Origin: Cetorhinus maximus
Lineage: Eukaryota
Assembly: GCF_964194155.1 (NCBI RefSeq)
Contig: NC_135903.1
Span: forward strand, 31,620,001 to 31,684,000
Length of the DNA stretch: 64,000 nt
Direction of reading: 5' to 3'
Shown here: piece by piece, positions 1 through 12,939 of the stretch
How the letters are laid out: each line of letters begins with the position of its first letter
Position numbering within the stretch: position 1 is the stretch's first letter
Program-made: the position numbers and the translations under genes
The notes under the pieces: model-generated
The model's database searches: none
Told to the model about the DNA's origin: nothing
What the model saw: only the letters and a program-made list of their open reading frames with translations

Positions 1-2165
1 GGATTGGTTTTGCCGTTCCACTTCCCCATTTGCCTGTGGCCATTTAGGAATCACTCTGTGACTTGTATGTAATCTGCAAAGGTTTGTGAAATTAATTGTG
101 GCCCATTATCTGAACAAAGTGTAGACCGTGCCTTCCAAATATTTCAGTCAATGCAGACACTGTTTGTCCTGCTGTTGTAGACTTCATGCAACATACTCAC
201 AGTAATGGCTGTAGTAGTCAGTCACCACTAGTATGGACTCTGCTGATGGAAGCGGGCCCAAGACATCAACTGCCACGTCCTCCCATGGTCAGGCTGGTAA
301 CAGTGTGCTGCGTACTGGTTATGGTGGATTGGGTCAGCTGACAAGTTGACATCCACGACATGTCTTGACAAACTGCTCCAGGTCTTTTTCCATCCCTGGA
401 CACCATACATTGGTTTGTAAGTTTTGCTTAGTACCAACCACTGCCTAGTGACCCTCAATGGTTAATCTCACTTGGCAGTTGTGTAACTTCCCAATTCCTT
501 GAAACACTGGCCCAAACTCCTCTTTGAACATCGCATATAGTTTCGGAGAATTCACTTTCAATCCGATGTGTAGCACTCCCAAGGCTTGGGCAGTCTCTCT
601 GCTCGGAAGAGGCTCATCATCCTCCTCAATCACTACAAATTCTGCCTCTACATTCCAAACACCTGCTCTCACATCTGCAAAGAAGCATCCAACAGTTAGG
701 AGTGGGGTTTTAGATGTGTAAGGATAGAGCTCTTTGACACATTTTCGAGATGCCCACTTGAGTCTCTTTGTCTTCAGTTCCTCCCAGAGTGTTTTGCTGA
801 TGAGATTACCGTCACGGCTTGAATCTACAATAATGCTCACTTCAACACCAAAAATCACTGGAACTTTTTTTTGCAGTTTCTCCCATTGATAGAAAACATC
901 TATCCATGATTGCTAGTTGTGTCTTCACTCTCTGCATCTTCTTCAACTCATCTCACAGTTGTGTATCTTTCATCTCTCTTTTCTTTACGTAGTTCACCAG
1001 GCTTCCCTTTCTGTTCAGCTTTGTTTCTGCACTTCTTGGCAAATGGTCCTTTCCCCCACATTTTCTGCATATCCTTCCCTTGGCAGGGCAGCAGGCATCT
1101 TTTCCAGAGTGCCCCAAATTACCACATCTGAAACACTCTCTCTCAGACCTTTGCTGTTTATACTTACCCATACCTAGACCCTGTTGTGTCACTCGGTTAA
1201 CCTCAACTTTTGTCATGCCAATGGCAGAGGCGGGACCAAGTTTCACGCTGTGATATTGTCCATCCGCTGCTTCCAATGTAGTTGCTATTTTCAAAGTGTC
1301 ATCCAATTTTAAGGCACCTCTTCATTCCAGCAACTTACGCCTCAACTTATCCAACTTGCAGTGTTGGACCAACTGATCCATTATCTGGTTATTCAGATCC
1401 ATTGCAACATAACTGCACCCGTCCAACGCCAGACTCAAACAGGTCACAACTTGGGCTACTGTTTCCCCCTCTTTCCATCTCACCTGATAGAAAATATGCC
1501 TTTGGAATGTGGCATTTGGCATCATCATATAATGGTCCTTCAAAGCTTTCACTGCACATTCATAATCCACATTTTCTATCGTGTCAGGCAACACCTAGAA
1601 AGTCTTCCGAAGAAGAGTCACATTGGATTCGAAATGTGGACTCTTTTCCTCTCTCCGTAGATACTGCCAGATCTGCTGAGCCTTTCCAGCACTTTCTGTT
1701 TTGATTTCAAATCTCTGGCATCCATAATATTTTGCTTTAATTTTAGTCTTTAAAGTCTCTCTCACTGAAGCACCCAGCATTGAACAACAATAAGGCCCAT
1801 CACTGTGCTTTCTGCACCACCGTCACCCCGTCCATAAACAGACCGTGACTAGCTTCAAACTCATCCAGCCACACTCTCCATTTCACTCTGACAGTGCCGG
1901 TGTCACCTGTCTGATCAAATGACTCATTTCCTTGGGCTTCAGACATATCAGCTCCAGCAAATGCCAAGACACAACCCTAAATATCTCTGTAGTTATCCAC
2001 GTCGCCAATGTCACATTTCAGCCATAAAGGCCAACACTCGAAGCCACTGATTTAACTGCAAGAACAAGATTATTTAATCTGCATGCTGCCTAATGCCTGA
2101 ATGTGTGCTATCTGACCTTCAACCCCCGCCAGGACCCCCAAATGTAGCACAGAGTGTGTCTTACA
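1..2165 (-). mobile_element. Degenerate Ty3/Gypsy LTR retrotransposon (gag, protease and integrase remnants; RT/RNaseH apparently deleted), inside an IFI35 intron
   Basis: Minus strand: LTR-end CA followed by PBS-like TGGCGACG at 2000-2009. Gag start MSEAQGNESFDQTGD..W..W...FE near 1948. Zinc knuckles CFRCGNLGH..C and CRKCGGKDH (ORF 953-1306). Protease-like IIVDSS (ORF 445-858). Integrase-like VTDYYS and SDNGPQ near 100-230. The LTR limit is approximate. Confidence 0.8.
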
Positions 2166-2260
2166 GTATCTTGTCTGAGTACCATCTAGTATTTAATACC
2201 CCAAATCCTCACACACAATCTGCGATCATCACGACAATCCCAGTCAAGACTGAGACTTAC

Positions 2261-2367
2261 TTCAACATCTTCTAACATCGGCAGCTTCAAAGGATGAGCC
2301 TTTATCTTAATTCGACACTCTCCTATTTCAACCTCGTGGTCTTCCATTTCCAGTATCTTACTAGCAA
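2261..2367 (-). CDS. IFI35: IFI35 coding exon (107 nt, NID domain); later exons lie left of the window
   Basis: Encodes VASKILEMEDHEVEIGECRIKIKAHPLKLPMLEDVE, flanked by ttcgcag and gtaagt. NMI/IFI35 NID-like sequence; synteny with RPL27 and RUNDC1. Confidence 0.88.
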
Positions 2368-2742
2368 CTGCGAAAGTAAAAAAAAAAATCAAATGAAAAA
2401 GTTCTTCAGGTATGTAAATGTTAACCAGTTTTAAGTTTCCATAATATTTACAGATCATTCCAGATAATGAACAAAGCTAATACTTTGTACAGACTTATTG
2501 GTTTGTGAACCTTAGGACCAACAAAGGAAAGATTGTGTTAACTTTGGAAGGATTCACACTACAGCCATCGCCCCCCCCACCCCCCCCACCCCCCACCCCC
2601 CACCCCCCCACCCCCCAGCCGAGACACATCTTCCAGATATTTTGCAAATGATCACCGTATTTCTTAGTGGCATCTAGTATTGGAATGTAAAAGTAAGGCA
2701 GTATTCACTGTACTGGCAGGCTGCTGAGTTTGGAGACTTTTA

Positions 2743-3308
2743 GGAGTAGAAATTGGACCTCATTGAGCCCCTTTTGTGGCGTAAAATGTGGGCCAGTTTT
2801 GGGGAGAACTGCTCTGTACTCGATCAGTGCAGAATGGGGCCTGGGTGCCAGTTCTGCTCATGCATCCAGGGCACCTGCCTAGAGTGAGTAGCAGGTCCCC
2901 TATGGAAGCAAATGAGGGGCCTCAAAACCAAAAGGCCCTCCATTCAGGATGCTTCACTGTGCCCTAAGCAGTAGCTGCTACCGGGGACACTTCTGTCCTC
3001 CTCCTGTCCCCACAGCACACCCAAGAACTGTTGTCAGCCCACCATTGGTGGTCTCCCTTTGCCCTTTCATTCCCAGTCCAGGATGTACTGTGGGGCTGCT
3101 CCTGGCAAGGCAATCCAGCCTCAGGTTAAAGCCCTTACAAGGAGAAAGATGGCGTTGGAGGATGGACGTGCCAGCAGCTCATCCAAGTTATTACAACGAG
3201 ACCTGAGGCCCAATTCCTGCCAAGCCTCAGCCATCCTGCTTGAGAGGTGCTCTCTCTGCGCACCATCGGCTATGAGCCTGAAAATGGGCCAAAAGTAATT
3301 TTTACTCT
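2743..3308. mobile_element. Non-autonomous TIR element, probably Harbinger-type
   Basis: Imperfect TIRs GGAGTAGAAATTG / TAATTTTTACTCT, flanked by TTA and TAA (TWA-type target). Confidence 0.5.
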
Positions 3309-3409
3309 TAATCTTTTCTATGGTGTCTATTGGAACGCAAAATATACCTGAAACGATGAATGTATGACTACTCAGCACTGTACCTATCAATCCTTTCATT
3401 TTAATGGTT

Positions 3410-4035
3410 ACAACAACAACAACAACTTGCATTCGGATAACGGCTTTAACATAGTACAACAGCCCAAGTTAGTTCACAGAAGCGTTAGCAAACAAAATTT
3501 GACACCAAGTCACGTGATAGGGCCAAATAGGCAAAAGCCTGGTCAAAGAGGAAGGTTTTAAGGAACGTCATAATGGAGGAAATAGAAATAGAAGCAAAAA
3601 GAGGGAATTCCAGAGCTAAGGGCCTTGGTAGCCGTAGGCATGGCCACCAGTGATGGAGCGATTTAAATCAGGGATGCTCAAGAGGCCAGGATTAGATGAA
3701 TTCAGATATCTTGAAGGATTGTAGGACTGGAGGAGGTTTCATCGATAACAGTGAGAATATATGGAGGGATCTGAAAACTATAATGAGAACTTTAAAATCG
3801 AGGCATTGCTTAACCAAGGGCCAAAGGAAGGTCAGCAAGCAAAGCGGTGAAGGGGGAATGGGTCTTAGTGCGAGTTAGGATAGCAAAAGGAGTCAAGTCT
3901 AAAGGAAACAGGGCCAAAAATGAGGCAGAAATGATCTGAGAGAGGGTCCGAGTCTACTAAAGTTGTGGAGGTGAAAATAATCAGGTTTAGTGTTGGCACG
4001 GATATGTGAGCACCAGCTCAAATTTAACACCAAGG
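3410..4035 (-). mobile_element. L2-like LINE 3' fragment
   Basis: Shares the 3'-end sequence (acttgcatt.., caaagaggaaggttttaagga, gagggaattccagag) with copies at 6830-7080, 7900-8310 and 38120-38860. Confidence 0.55.
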
Positions 4036-4039
4036 TTAC

Positions 4040-4990
4040 AAGCGGTCTCATTCAGCCCCGGAAAAACTCAGCAGGTCTGGCAGCATCTGCGGAGAGGAAC
4101 ACAGTTAATGTTTCGAGACCATATGACTCTTCAACAGAACTAAGGAAACATAGAAAAGAGGTGAAATATAAGCTGGTTTAAGGGGGGCGTGGGACAGGTA
4201 GAGCTGGATAGAGGGCCAGTGATAGGTGGAGATTGCCAAAAGATGTCATAGACAAAAGGACAAAGAGGTGTTGACGACGGTGATATTAGCTAAGAAATGT
4301 GCTAATGGTGACATTAAGGGTAGAAAGCAGGACGAGCAAGGTACAGATAGCCCTAGTGGGGGTGGGGTGGGGGGAAGGGTAAGACAAGGTAGAGATAAAA
4401 CAATGGATGGAAATACATTTAAAACTAATGGAAATAGGTGGGAAAAGAAAAATGTATATAAATCATTGGAAAAAGGGGATCGGAAAGGGGATAGGGATGG
4501 AGGAGCGAGTTCATGATCTAAAGTTGTTGAACTCAATATTCAGTCCGGAAGGCTATAAAGTGCCTAGTCGGAAGATGAGGTGCTGTTCCTCCAGTTTGCG
4601 TTGAGCTTCACTGGAACATTGCAGCAGGCCAAGGACGGACATGTGGGCATGAGAGCAGGGTGGTGTGTTGAAATGGCAAGCGACAGGGAGGTCTGGGTCA
4701 TGCTTGTGGACAGACCGAAGGTGTTCCGCAAAGCGGTCACCCAGTCTGCGTTTGGTCTCTCCAATGTAGAGGAAACCGCTTTGGAAGCAGCGAATGCAGT
4801 AGAGTAAATTGAGGGAAATACAAGTGAAATGCTGCTTCACTTGAAAGGAGTGTTTGGGCCCTTGGACGGTGAGGAGGGGGGAAGTAAAGGGGTAGGTGTT
4901 GCACCTTCTGCAGTTGCATGGGAAGGTGCCGTAGGAGAGGGTTGAGGTGTAGGGGGTGATGGAGGAGTGGACCAGGGTGTCCCGGAGGGA
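4040..4990 (-). mobile_element. Penelope-like element 3' part (GIY-YIG endonuclease plus pseudo-LTR with hammerhead motif)
   Basis: ORF 4553-4840 reads NLLYCIRC...LYIGETKRRLGDRFAEHLRSV (GIY-YIG). pLTR with CTGTTGA-AGAGTC..GTCTC-GAAA at about 4100-4140. Confidence 0.85.
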
Positions 4991-5043
4991 ACATACACTA
5001 CAACTGATTCCCTTTCCACTTTTGTTACTGGATTACTTTCTAC

Positions 5044-5191
5044 CTGTTTCATCGTCGAATGTGATTACTGCAGAGCCCCCTCTAATTGGATACCGAATGA
5101 ATGGCTTTACGTCAAATTTGACTCCTGGTTTGCCATCTTGCTCTATATTGCCTTTAAAAGTCCATCGTCTCTGAGGCATGGAGGAAGAGAC
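5044..5191 (-). CDS. IFI35: IFI35 coding exon (148 nt)
   Basis: Encodes VSSSMPQRRWTFKG...IRYPIRGGSAVITFDDET with cag/gt boundaries. The GGSA.ITF motif is typical of IFI35/NMI, and the phase joins the 107-nt exon. Confidence 0.9.
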
Positions 5192-5430
5192 CTGCAGGAA
5201 TTTCAAGAAAGCCGGAAAATTAATGTGAGTGACATGGGAAATCAATAAGTAGCATTTGTGCAAACATGTATTTCCAAAAGGATGGTGCGTGAAGATTGTT
5301 CAGACAGAGCTGGCCTGCATGGTCCAACTGATTCTGAACATTAAATGATGGCAATCCTAGTTTACAATCGCTAGGCCTTTTTTTTCTCACATGTCTTTGA
5401 ACATCCAAAAAGACCGTACTGCTATCTTAC

Positions 5431-5547
5431 CTTGAGCTGCTTCTCCAGTTCTGAATTTTCTTCTTCAAGCCTTGCTAACTCCTCATTTACTTTACTTTGC
5501 TCCTTTAACAGGTTGTCATTCTCAACCACTCTATCATCCATTTGTTG
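5431..5547 (-). CDS. IFI35: IFI35 coding exon (117 nt, coiled coil)
   Basis: Encodes QQMDDRVVENDNLLKEQSKVNEELARLEEENSELEKQLK; cctcag acceptor, gtaag donor, phase 0/0. Confidence 0.8.
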
Positions 5548-8500
5548 CTGAGGAAGAACGCACGATTAATAAAAATACTATAATCATTTAGATTGTTTGC
5601 AGCACAAAGCAGGTTCTAGTAATAGGAACATGGGAACAGGAGGAGATCATTCAGGCCCACAAGCCTGTTCCGTCATTCAATACGATCATAGCTGATCTGT
5701 AACCTAACTCTGTATACTAGCCTTTGCTCCATATCCTGTGATACCTTTAGCTAAAAAAAACTATCAATCAATCTCAATTTTAAAATTAACATTTGGTCTA
5801 ACATTAACTGCCATTTGCAGAAAATAGTTCCAAACTTCTACCACCCTTTGTTTAAAGTTCTTACTCCTGAAATATCTGGCCTTAATTTTTTGACTATGCC
5901 CCCTCATCCTACACTCCCCAATTAGTGGAAACAGATTCTCCCAAACTATCCTATCTATTCCCCTTAATATCTTGAAAACCTCAATTAAATCATCCCCTAA
6001 CCTTCTAAATTCCATGGAATGCAACCCTAGTTTGGGTATTGTCTCTTTGTAATTTAACCCTTGAAGGCCAGGTCAAGATTCTCTCTCTCTCTCTTTCTCT
6101 CCAGGCACTGTGCCCTAAGAGGGCATTGGTGACCATGGACTTCCATGTGTTGGGCCATGGTGATGCTTGGCAATGTACTGCAGTAGTTTACCATCGTCTT
6201 CCACAGGTTTTGGCTGACCAGTGTTACATTCTTTTTCTCTCCAGTGTAAAACTACCAATCATACACAAGGATTGGTGAAACAATAACGTGGGTTCTTTAT
6301 TTGAAGACTATATACATATAGATTTACTAGGAGGCTAAGTATAGTACATCTGATCTCTATCCTGCTGCTTGCAAACTGCCTGCAAGTCGTGGGACTAATA
6401 TGTCATATCCTGTTGAGTAGTGATTGACAGTAGTTTAAGATACATCCCCTTAAAGGTATGTGGGCATCATATCACAACAACCAGGAGGCTCTCCGGCTCT
6501 TACCACTGTCATAGGTGTATTGGAAAGATTTGCAGGTTGATAATCAACCTTTTTGGCTACATTATGAATATGCCTTCCATAGCCATTGAGTCTTAGAGTA
6601 GGACTCAAACCTGGAACTTCTGGCTCAGAGATAGGGACACTAACCACTGTGCAAAATTAGTACGCTCAAAGTTCATGTTTCTCATAGTGTTGTACATATT
6701 CTAACCAAGAGTTACATGTGGTGGAAATCTCCTCAGCGTATTAAGTTCCTGCATGTTCTGAGAACTAAGCTTCTTCTATTTTACCAAAAGTACCAAGTAT
6801 AAGAGTGCTGAGAGTAACAACAACAAAAACTCGTATTTATATAACACTTTTAGTGCAATAAAATATCCCCAAGATGCTTCACTGGAGTGTCAGAAAACAA
6901 AATATGATGCCAAGCCACATAAGGAGATACAGGGAAAATCACTAAAAGTTTGGTCAAAGAGGTAGGTTTTAAGGAGTGTCTTAAAGGAGGAAAGAGAGAA
7001 AGGAGCAGTGGAGAGCTGTAGCGAGGGAATTCCAGAGCTTTGTGCCTTGATAGCTGAAGGCATGGCCATCAAGATGGCCACTGAACCTTTAGAAACAATT
7101 TCCAATTGTAAGATCAGCAACTGGAAGGTATTTTTTCTTTTAAAAAAAGTTTAATTTCCTTTTAAAAAGCATATTCGCTTAGAAATTGCTGTTGACGTTA
7201 TTAGCAGACATGTATTTAACACACTTACATAAGGACAAATGAAAATGACAGACAGGAAATGCCAATTGATCCATCAAACCTGCCTCACACTCATTATAAG
7301 GCTGGAGCATTCTGACTAAATGCTTCTTATTTATCCTTCCAAACCTTTGCACAGTTTGGAACGCTTCTATTAGATCTACACACCCCACCCCTAGCCATGT
7401 AATCTCCAGGGAAATGTAAAGTAAAGCCAAGAAAAATCCAGGGCAAATAAGGAGAAAATTTATCTACAATGCCCTCAGATGATCGAAACTGCCCTGGGAG
7501 ATCACATGGACTATGTGTTTCTTATCTGTTGATCCATAGCACGATCTTTGGCTCAGTCAAGACCAGTCCGCTCTCTCTTGAATGCATCAAGATGGTCAGC
7601 ACATATTGCAACAGCTGTAACATTTCTCTGCCCACTATTTTAATGAGGTATTACAAAAACAATGTAATGTCTCCAAGAAAATAAGGGATCGAAGAAAATA
7701 ATTGAAATACAAGTATTTGTAAGTAAAGTCATCCAATTTTCTAGCCATTTTTTGGATGAATATTGAAGGAGGAGTACCCTGTATGGCCTCATGCTTCACT
7801 ATTCCATTAACCTGTATTGCTACATGCACTTAAAGTCATAATATACCTTGTGTAAAGATGTTATCTTATTTCTTAGTCAAAAAGATCCCAGATTCAACTG
7901 ACCTATTTAGGCTTCTCGTTAAGCAATGCTTCAATTTTAAAATTCTCATTCTTGTTTTCACATCCCTCCATGACCTTGCCCCTCCCTATCTCTGTAATCT
8001 CCTCCGACCCCACAGCCCTCTGAGATATCTGCGCTTCTCCTTTTACTAGCCTTTTTCCCATCCTCGATTTCAATCACTCCTTTACTGGTGGCCATGTCTT
8101 CAGCTGCCAATTCCCTCCCTAATCATCTGCCTTTCTCTCCCCCTTTAAGACGCTTCTTAAAACCTATACCCTTGAGCAATCTTTTCGTCATTTGTCCTCA
8201 CATCCCCTTCTATGGCTCAGCATCAAATTTTGCTTGATAACACTCCTGAGAACAGTCTGGAAAGGTTTTTTACTATGTAAAGGTGCTTTATAAACGCAAG
8301 CTGTGCTTGCTTTTGTAAGTATCTATACAAAAATGCCCAGTTTCACTTATTTTGACACTTTACCAATTCTCCATAAATCCACCACCGGTGGAGATGTTTG
8401 AACGCTTGTGATACATGTGGCAAGTTTCTACCTGTTATTATGTTTAGATCATTAAAACAGCTTGAGAAAATTACAGGACTCATCACAGGTGAATTGCACA

Positions 8501-8613
8501 AGTTGAAAACATTATTGCTTTAACAGTTTAAAAACAAAATTGACATTGCTTTCCAGTGCAGAATATGCAAGCAGTCACAACCAAAAATAAATACAAACTA
8601 CTAATTTACCAAC

Positions 8614-8772
8614 CTGTAGGTTTAAATCCTGCTTGTCTTTTTCTAATTTGTCACTCTCTATCCTTTGTTGGAGTCTTTCAATCCGGGTAGCATATTCCAT
8701 TGTTATATGTTGTAGTTCATGTTTAATTGTTTTCATCTCAGCTATGTCCTTTTGCAGAGAACCAAGATCAGC
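8614..8772 (-). CDS. IFI35: IFI35 coding exon (159 nt, coiled coil)
   Basis: Encodes ADLGSLQKDIAEMK...EKDKQDLNLQ; taccag acceptor, CAG|gttggt donor, phase 0/0. Confidence 0.75.
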
Positions 8773-9184
8773 CTGGTAAGACAAAAACGGATCCATTATT
8801 AACTAATTCCACTATCAACTTGTTCCCACACTGGGATTGGAAAATAGCAAACATCACTCCATATCTTAAGAAAGTAAAGAAAGCAAGAAAGAGAGAGAGA
8901 GAGACGGAGAGAGGGGCCAGAGAACTATGTCACTCATTTTTTCATCTGCCATTGGACCGTGATTTAACAAATTTTGCTGCACCTGAGCTACATTTTCTGA
9001 TTAAATGTCCTTCATGGTTTAGTCTCAACCCAGTTTCCATTGAGCTTCAGAATTTAAGTTGTTAACTCATCATAAGAAAAATATTAAAGCTCCAATCTCT
9101 TCAGTTCCTCCCCACCCCCCACAAATCCTGTCAGAACCCATGTGGGAAAAGAATTTGCAGATTGCTTTATTAAGATAAGGACGT

Positions 9185-9885
9185 AACATAAGAACATTAG
9201 AAATAGGAGCAGGAGTACGCATTTGGACCCCCGAGTCTGCTCTGCCATTCAACAAGATCATGGCTGATCACTTATCTCAATTTCACTTGCTCACCCTATT
9301 CCAAATCCATTGATTCCCTTAGTGTCCAAAGATTTATCAATCTCAGTCTTGAATATGTTCAATGACTGAACATCCATGGTCCTCTAACATAGAGAATTCC
9401 AAAGATTCATAATCCTCTGAGTAAAGAAATTTCTCCTCATCTCAGTCCTAAATGATCAACCCCATATCCTGAAACCATGACCCCTAGTTCTAGATTCTCC
9501 AGCCAGGTGAAAGAACCTCTCAATAACTAACCAATCAAGTCTTCAAAGACTTTTTTTCACCTCAATGAGATCATCACTCATTCTCCTAAACTCCAGAGGA
9601 TATAGGCCCATTCTGCTCAGTCACTCATGATAGGATATCCCTCTCATCCCAGGAATCAATCTAGTGAATCTTCCTTGCACCACCTCTAAAGCAAGTATAT
9701 CCTTCCTTTGGTAAAGAGAACAAAACTGTACACAGTGTCCCAACTGTGGTCTCACCAAAGCAAGTCTCGCCTAAGCAAGACTTCCTTACTCTTACACTCT
9801 AACCCTCTTACAATAAAGGTTGACATATCATTTGCCTTCCTAATTGCCTCCTGTATCTGCATGTTGAATTCCTGTGAATCTTAAT
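9185..9885 (-). mobile_element. CR1-type LINE 3' fragment
   Basis: Typical CR1 3' end (aacataagaacattagaaataggagcagg...) and RT C-terminal remnant; related copies at 5625-6075 and 48070-48760. Confidence 0.75.
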
Positions 9886-10047
9886 AACATTATAATAAAT
9901 GCATTCATGAAAGTGCTTTTGCACTTTTACTAGAAACACCAAAAGAGATTCTTCTCAAAGCCATCCAGTTGATACACACAGGACTTAGTGGAATTCCAAC
10001 ACAGAAAAGACGTTAACTTATTCTTTAAAACTTCACTTTAATCTGAC

Positions 10048-10119
10048 CTTGTGAGTTTCTATTTCCTGTTGGATTCTTTTCAGCTTTGAGACACCATCCA
10101 GGCTTCTATTGCCGAATTC
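10048..10119 (-). CDS. IFI35: IFI35 coding exon (72 nt)
   Basis: Encodes EFGNRSLDGVSKLKRIQQEIETHK; pyrimidine tract plus ctgcag acceptor, AAG|gtcaga donor, phase 0/0. Confidence 0.72.
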
Positions 10120-10624
10120 CTGCAGAAGAAAAGATACACAGTCTTACAAAATGGCCACTTTGGCTAAGCTGATAGCGCTCTCATCTCTGCTTCGGAGGTT
10201 TACGAGTTCAAAACCAACTATAGACTTGGTCTTTAAATCCAGCATGTGCAGTTCTGAAGCACTGAGTGTTATACTGTCAGTGAAGTTGTCTTTTTCATGG
10301 TACAAACTGATGCCCTTACCTGCTCAGGTGGATAGAATGTAAAAGATCCCAACCCAAGGCAAATAAGTGAAACCAAACAATCTGCAGATTGAAAATCTGC
10401 TTTTTCTTTGCACTAAGAAAACAAAAAAACTTCCTGAAAACTTTCTCCTTGCTAATTATTTTATACCGCTTTCAATAAATGGTTCCTAATGCTTTGTAAT
10501 TGGAGAAAATCGCTTGACCAATGCAGAAAGAAGCATGCATTTCCTGTGATCTAAAGCTGTATTACAATTAATTTAAATACAAAATTCATTTAAAGTGTTG
10601 CACCTAGTGTCTCAATCTACACAC

Positions 10625-11326
10625 GGATCGGAATTTTCCCTCATCGGGCGGGCTTGGCGGGGGTGGTCGGGAAGCTGACCACCGCCCGTGATTCGCTCTG
10701 CTCCGCGATTACACGCAGGTGAGCCAATTAAAGCCCGCCCTGCGTGGATCGCGAACAGCAGCGCTCAGCTGTGCGGGTGGGGGGGAGGAGGAGGGAGAGC
10801 TGGCCTGGCGCACAGTTCACGCATGCGTGCGAAAGAGCGCTTCAATCTCCCTGACGCAGCTCCGTGCCTCAGAGAGATTGAAGCGCTTTTTAAAAAAATG
10901 ATTAAGGACAGTAAAAATTTTAAAAAAACATCTCCCCTCATGTGACTCCGTCACATGAGGTGGGACATGTTTCGAATTCAAAAATAAAGCTTTCAGTTAA
11001 TGCTTATTTGCTTTAGGAAACCTCATCCCGCTCGTAGATGAGGTTTCCTAAAAAAATGTAAAGGCCGCTTGGCCTTCTTGCCTGCCCGCCAACAGTAAGC
11101 TTGGACGGGCAGCGTAAATTTGATTTTAATTAGCTTGTTAACGACCTTAATAGACGTTTCAATTATCGGCCGGCGCGCAGCCAACTCTGGCGTCCACTGA
11201 ACGAAATATCGCGCGAGTGCGCGATGACATTGGGACGCACGCCCGACACCATCGTGCATCATATTACGCTTGGGCGTGTCGGGGTGGGGAGGGGCGTGCC
11301 TGCACGCTGAATGTAAAATTCTGGCC
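10625..11326. mobile_element. GC-rich MITE with TIRs (Harbinger-like)
   Basis: TIRs GGATCGGAATTTT / AAAATTCTGGCC. Internal palindromes ctcatgtgac..gtcacatgag and aggaaacctcatc..gatgaggtttcct. Confidence 0.65.
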
Positions 11327-11478
11327 AAGATAAACAAGAAACCATTGAATGTATTTTCACTGAATAGTCGGGTATCATGAGTTCTCCTGGCGACTTGATC
11401 AATATTCCTTCTTCAACCCAAACCACTGATAACAGATTTTCTGGTCATTCATCTTATTGTTGTTTGTGGGAGCTTGCT

Positions 11479-12055
11479 GGGGGCGGAATGGTCCCAGATT
11501 TGCACTGAGTGCGGTTTTCACACCGTATCGTCCCAAACCCACCGCGTTAATTACGCATTCCCGGGAAACACGCCGTTTCCATGGTGGGCGGACTCTCATT
11601 TGCCCGCCACGCCATTAGCTTTCCGCTTCATCACACCGGGCACCACACTTAAAGTGCAGCCATGCACACACCTTTCAGTGCTTCCAGCCCAGGACTGCCA
11701 CATGGAAGGCAGGGTGGCGCCGAAAGGAAAAAAACACTGCAGCACCCCCCCAACCCGCTTCAGTGATGCGTCCCTTGAGCATCTTTTGAATGCCCTGGAG
11801 GCCCACCGTGATGTCCTCTATCACCGCTCTGGCCGTAGGGTGGGCAGCTGCATCACCAATCCAGCATGGGAGGTGGTGGCAGCAGTGGTCAGCGCCAATG
11901 CCCTGCAAAAGAGGGCAGCCACCTTGTGCCACTACAGGATGAATGGTCTCATAGGTTCTGCCATCGGTTCTCATCCCTCTCGACTCACACACCCACAAAT
12001 CCATCACATGTCCACAGGGATCTCACACCTCAAAGGGGCAACACCACTAGCTCTC
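11479..12055 (+). mobile_element. PIF/Harbinger transposon 5' fragment with Myb/SANT DNA-binding ORF remnant
   Basis: Starts GGGGCGGAAT (TIR-like). Encodes RFSDASLEHLLNALEAHRDVLY...AWEVVAAVVSA..KRAATLCHYRMNGL, a NAIF1/MSANTD-like Myb/SANT domain. Confidence 0.75.
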
Positions 12056-12489
12056 AAAATTCAGTTAACAAATCTGGAATTATTTTAAAAAAAAATTTAG
12101 TCTCAGTAACGTTGACCATGAAACTCTCATCAGTTGTTACAAAAACCCACTAACGTCCTTTAAGGAAAGGAATCTGGCCGACATGTGGCTCTAGACCCAA
12201 AGCAATGTGGTTGACTCTTAACTATCCTCTGAACTAGCCCAGCAAGCCACTCAGTTCAAGGGCAATTAGAGATGGTAAAAGTCTTCTGACTCGTTTGGCA
12301 AAGCAGCTGGATTGGGATACAAAGAAAGCGATACAATGGTTCAAGCTGCGGTGATACCAGGACAGACCAAGTCAGCTGACAAAGTTCTGTGAGCGCATTT
12401 AATTGATTCTTGCCACGTTTTCCAATGTACCTTTTGAGAACTCAAAAAATATTCTGCTTTCTTCATCTGTGGGGAGCTATTTTCCCCCA

Positions 12490-12746
12490 GCAGTGGCGTG
12501 GTGGTAATGTCACTGGACTAGTTAATGCAGAGGCCCAGGCTAATTCTCTGGGGACCCGGGTTCAAACCCCACCAGGGCAGCTGGAGGAATTTAAAGCTAG
12601 TCTCAGTAATGGTGACCATGAAACCATAATCAATTGTCATAAAAACCCATCTGGTTCACTAATGTTCTTTTAGGGAAGGAGATCTGCCATCCTTACCTAG
12701 GCTGGCCTACATGTGACTCCAGACCCACAGCAATTTTGTTGACTCT
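12490..12746 (+). mobile_element. tRNA-derived SINE (same family at 12060-12275 and 56345-56685)
   Basis: A-box-like gtggcgtggtgg and B-box-like ggttcaaacc, followed by the body cccatctggttcactaatg...gactccagacccacagc. Confidence 0.8.
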
Positions 12747-12924
12747 TTTTGCTCTGTTTACTAATGCTGGTGTAAATGCAGGTGTAGGAATAAAGGAGGT
12801 TACCTGTTGCATCTATGCAGACTCACGTTCTAGAGAAAAAATGACTTATCAAACATTTGTACAGAGGGAATTAGTGTGTCCCTTTCACTACAGTACAAAG
12901 CTTTGTTAAGCAAACTTGTCTTAC

Positions 12925-12939
12925 CTGCAGATCTTCCAT
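12925..12939 (-). CDS. IFI35: Predicted IFI35 start-codon exon, coding part MEDLQ (whole exon 12925-12971)
   Basis: AAC ATG GAA GAT CTG CAG|gtaag, with a good Kozak context and strong donor. Upstream taacag acceptor at 12972-12977. In frame with the 72-nt exon. Confidence 0.65.

Noticed and set aside
2571-2616. (CCCCCCA)n C-rich tract
   Set aside because: Short low-complexity repeat, not telomeric TTAGGG, with no further structure.
11474-12088. 204-aa ORF as a host NAIF1/MSANTD-like gene
   Set aside because: It begins at a TIR, interrupts a SINE, is truncated by another SINE and lies antisense in an IFI35 intron, so it is a Harbinger remnant.
12490-12580. tRNA-like sequences (also at 16104, 56600 and 63650)
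   Set aside because: These are SINE or LINE heads continuous with repeat bodies; no complete cloverleaf.
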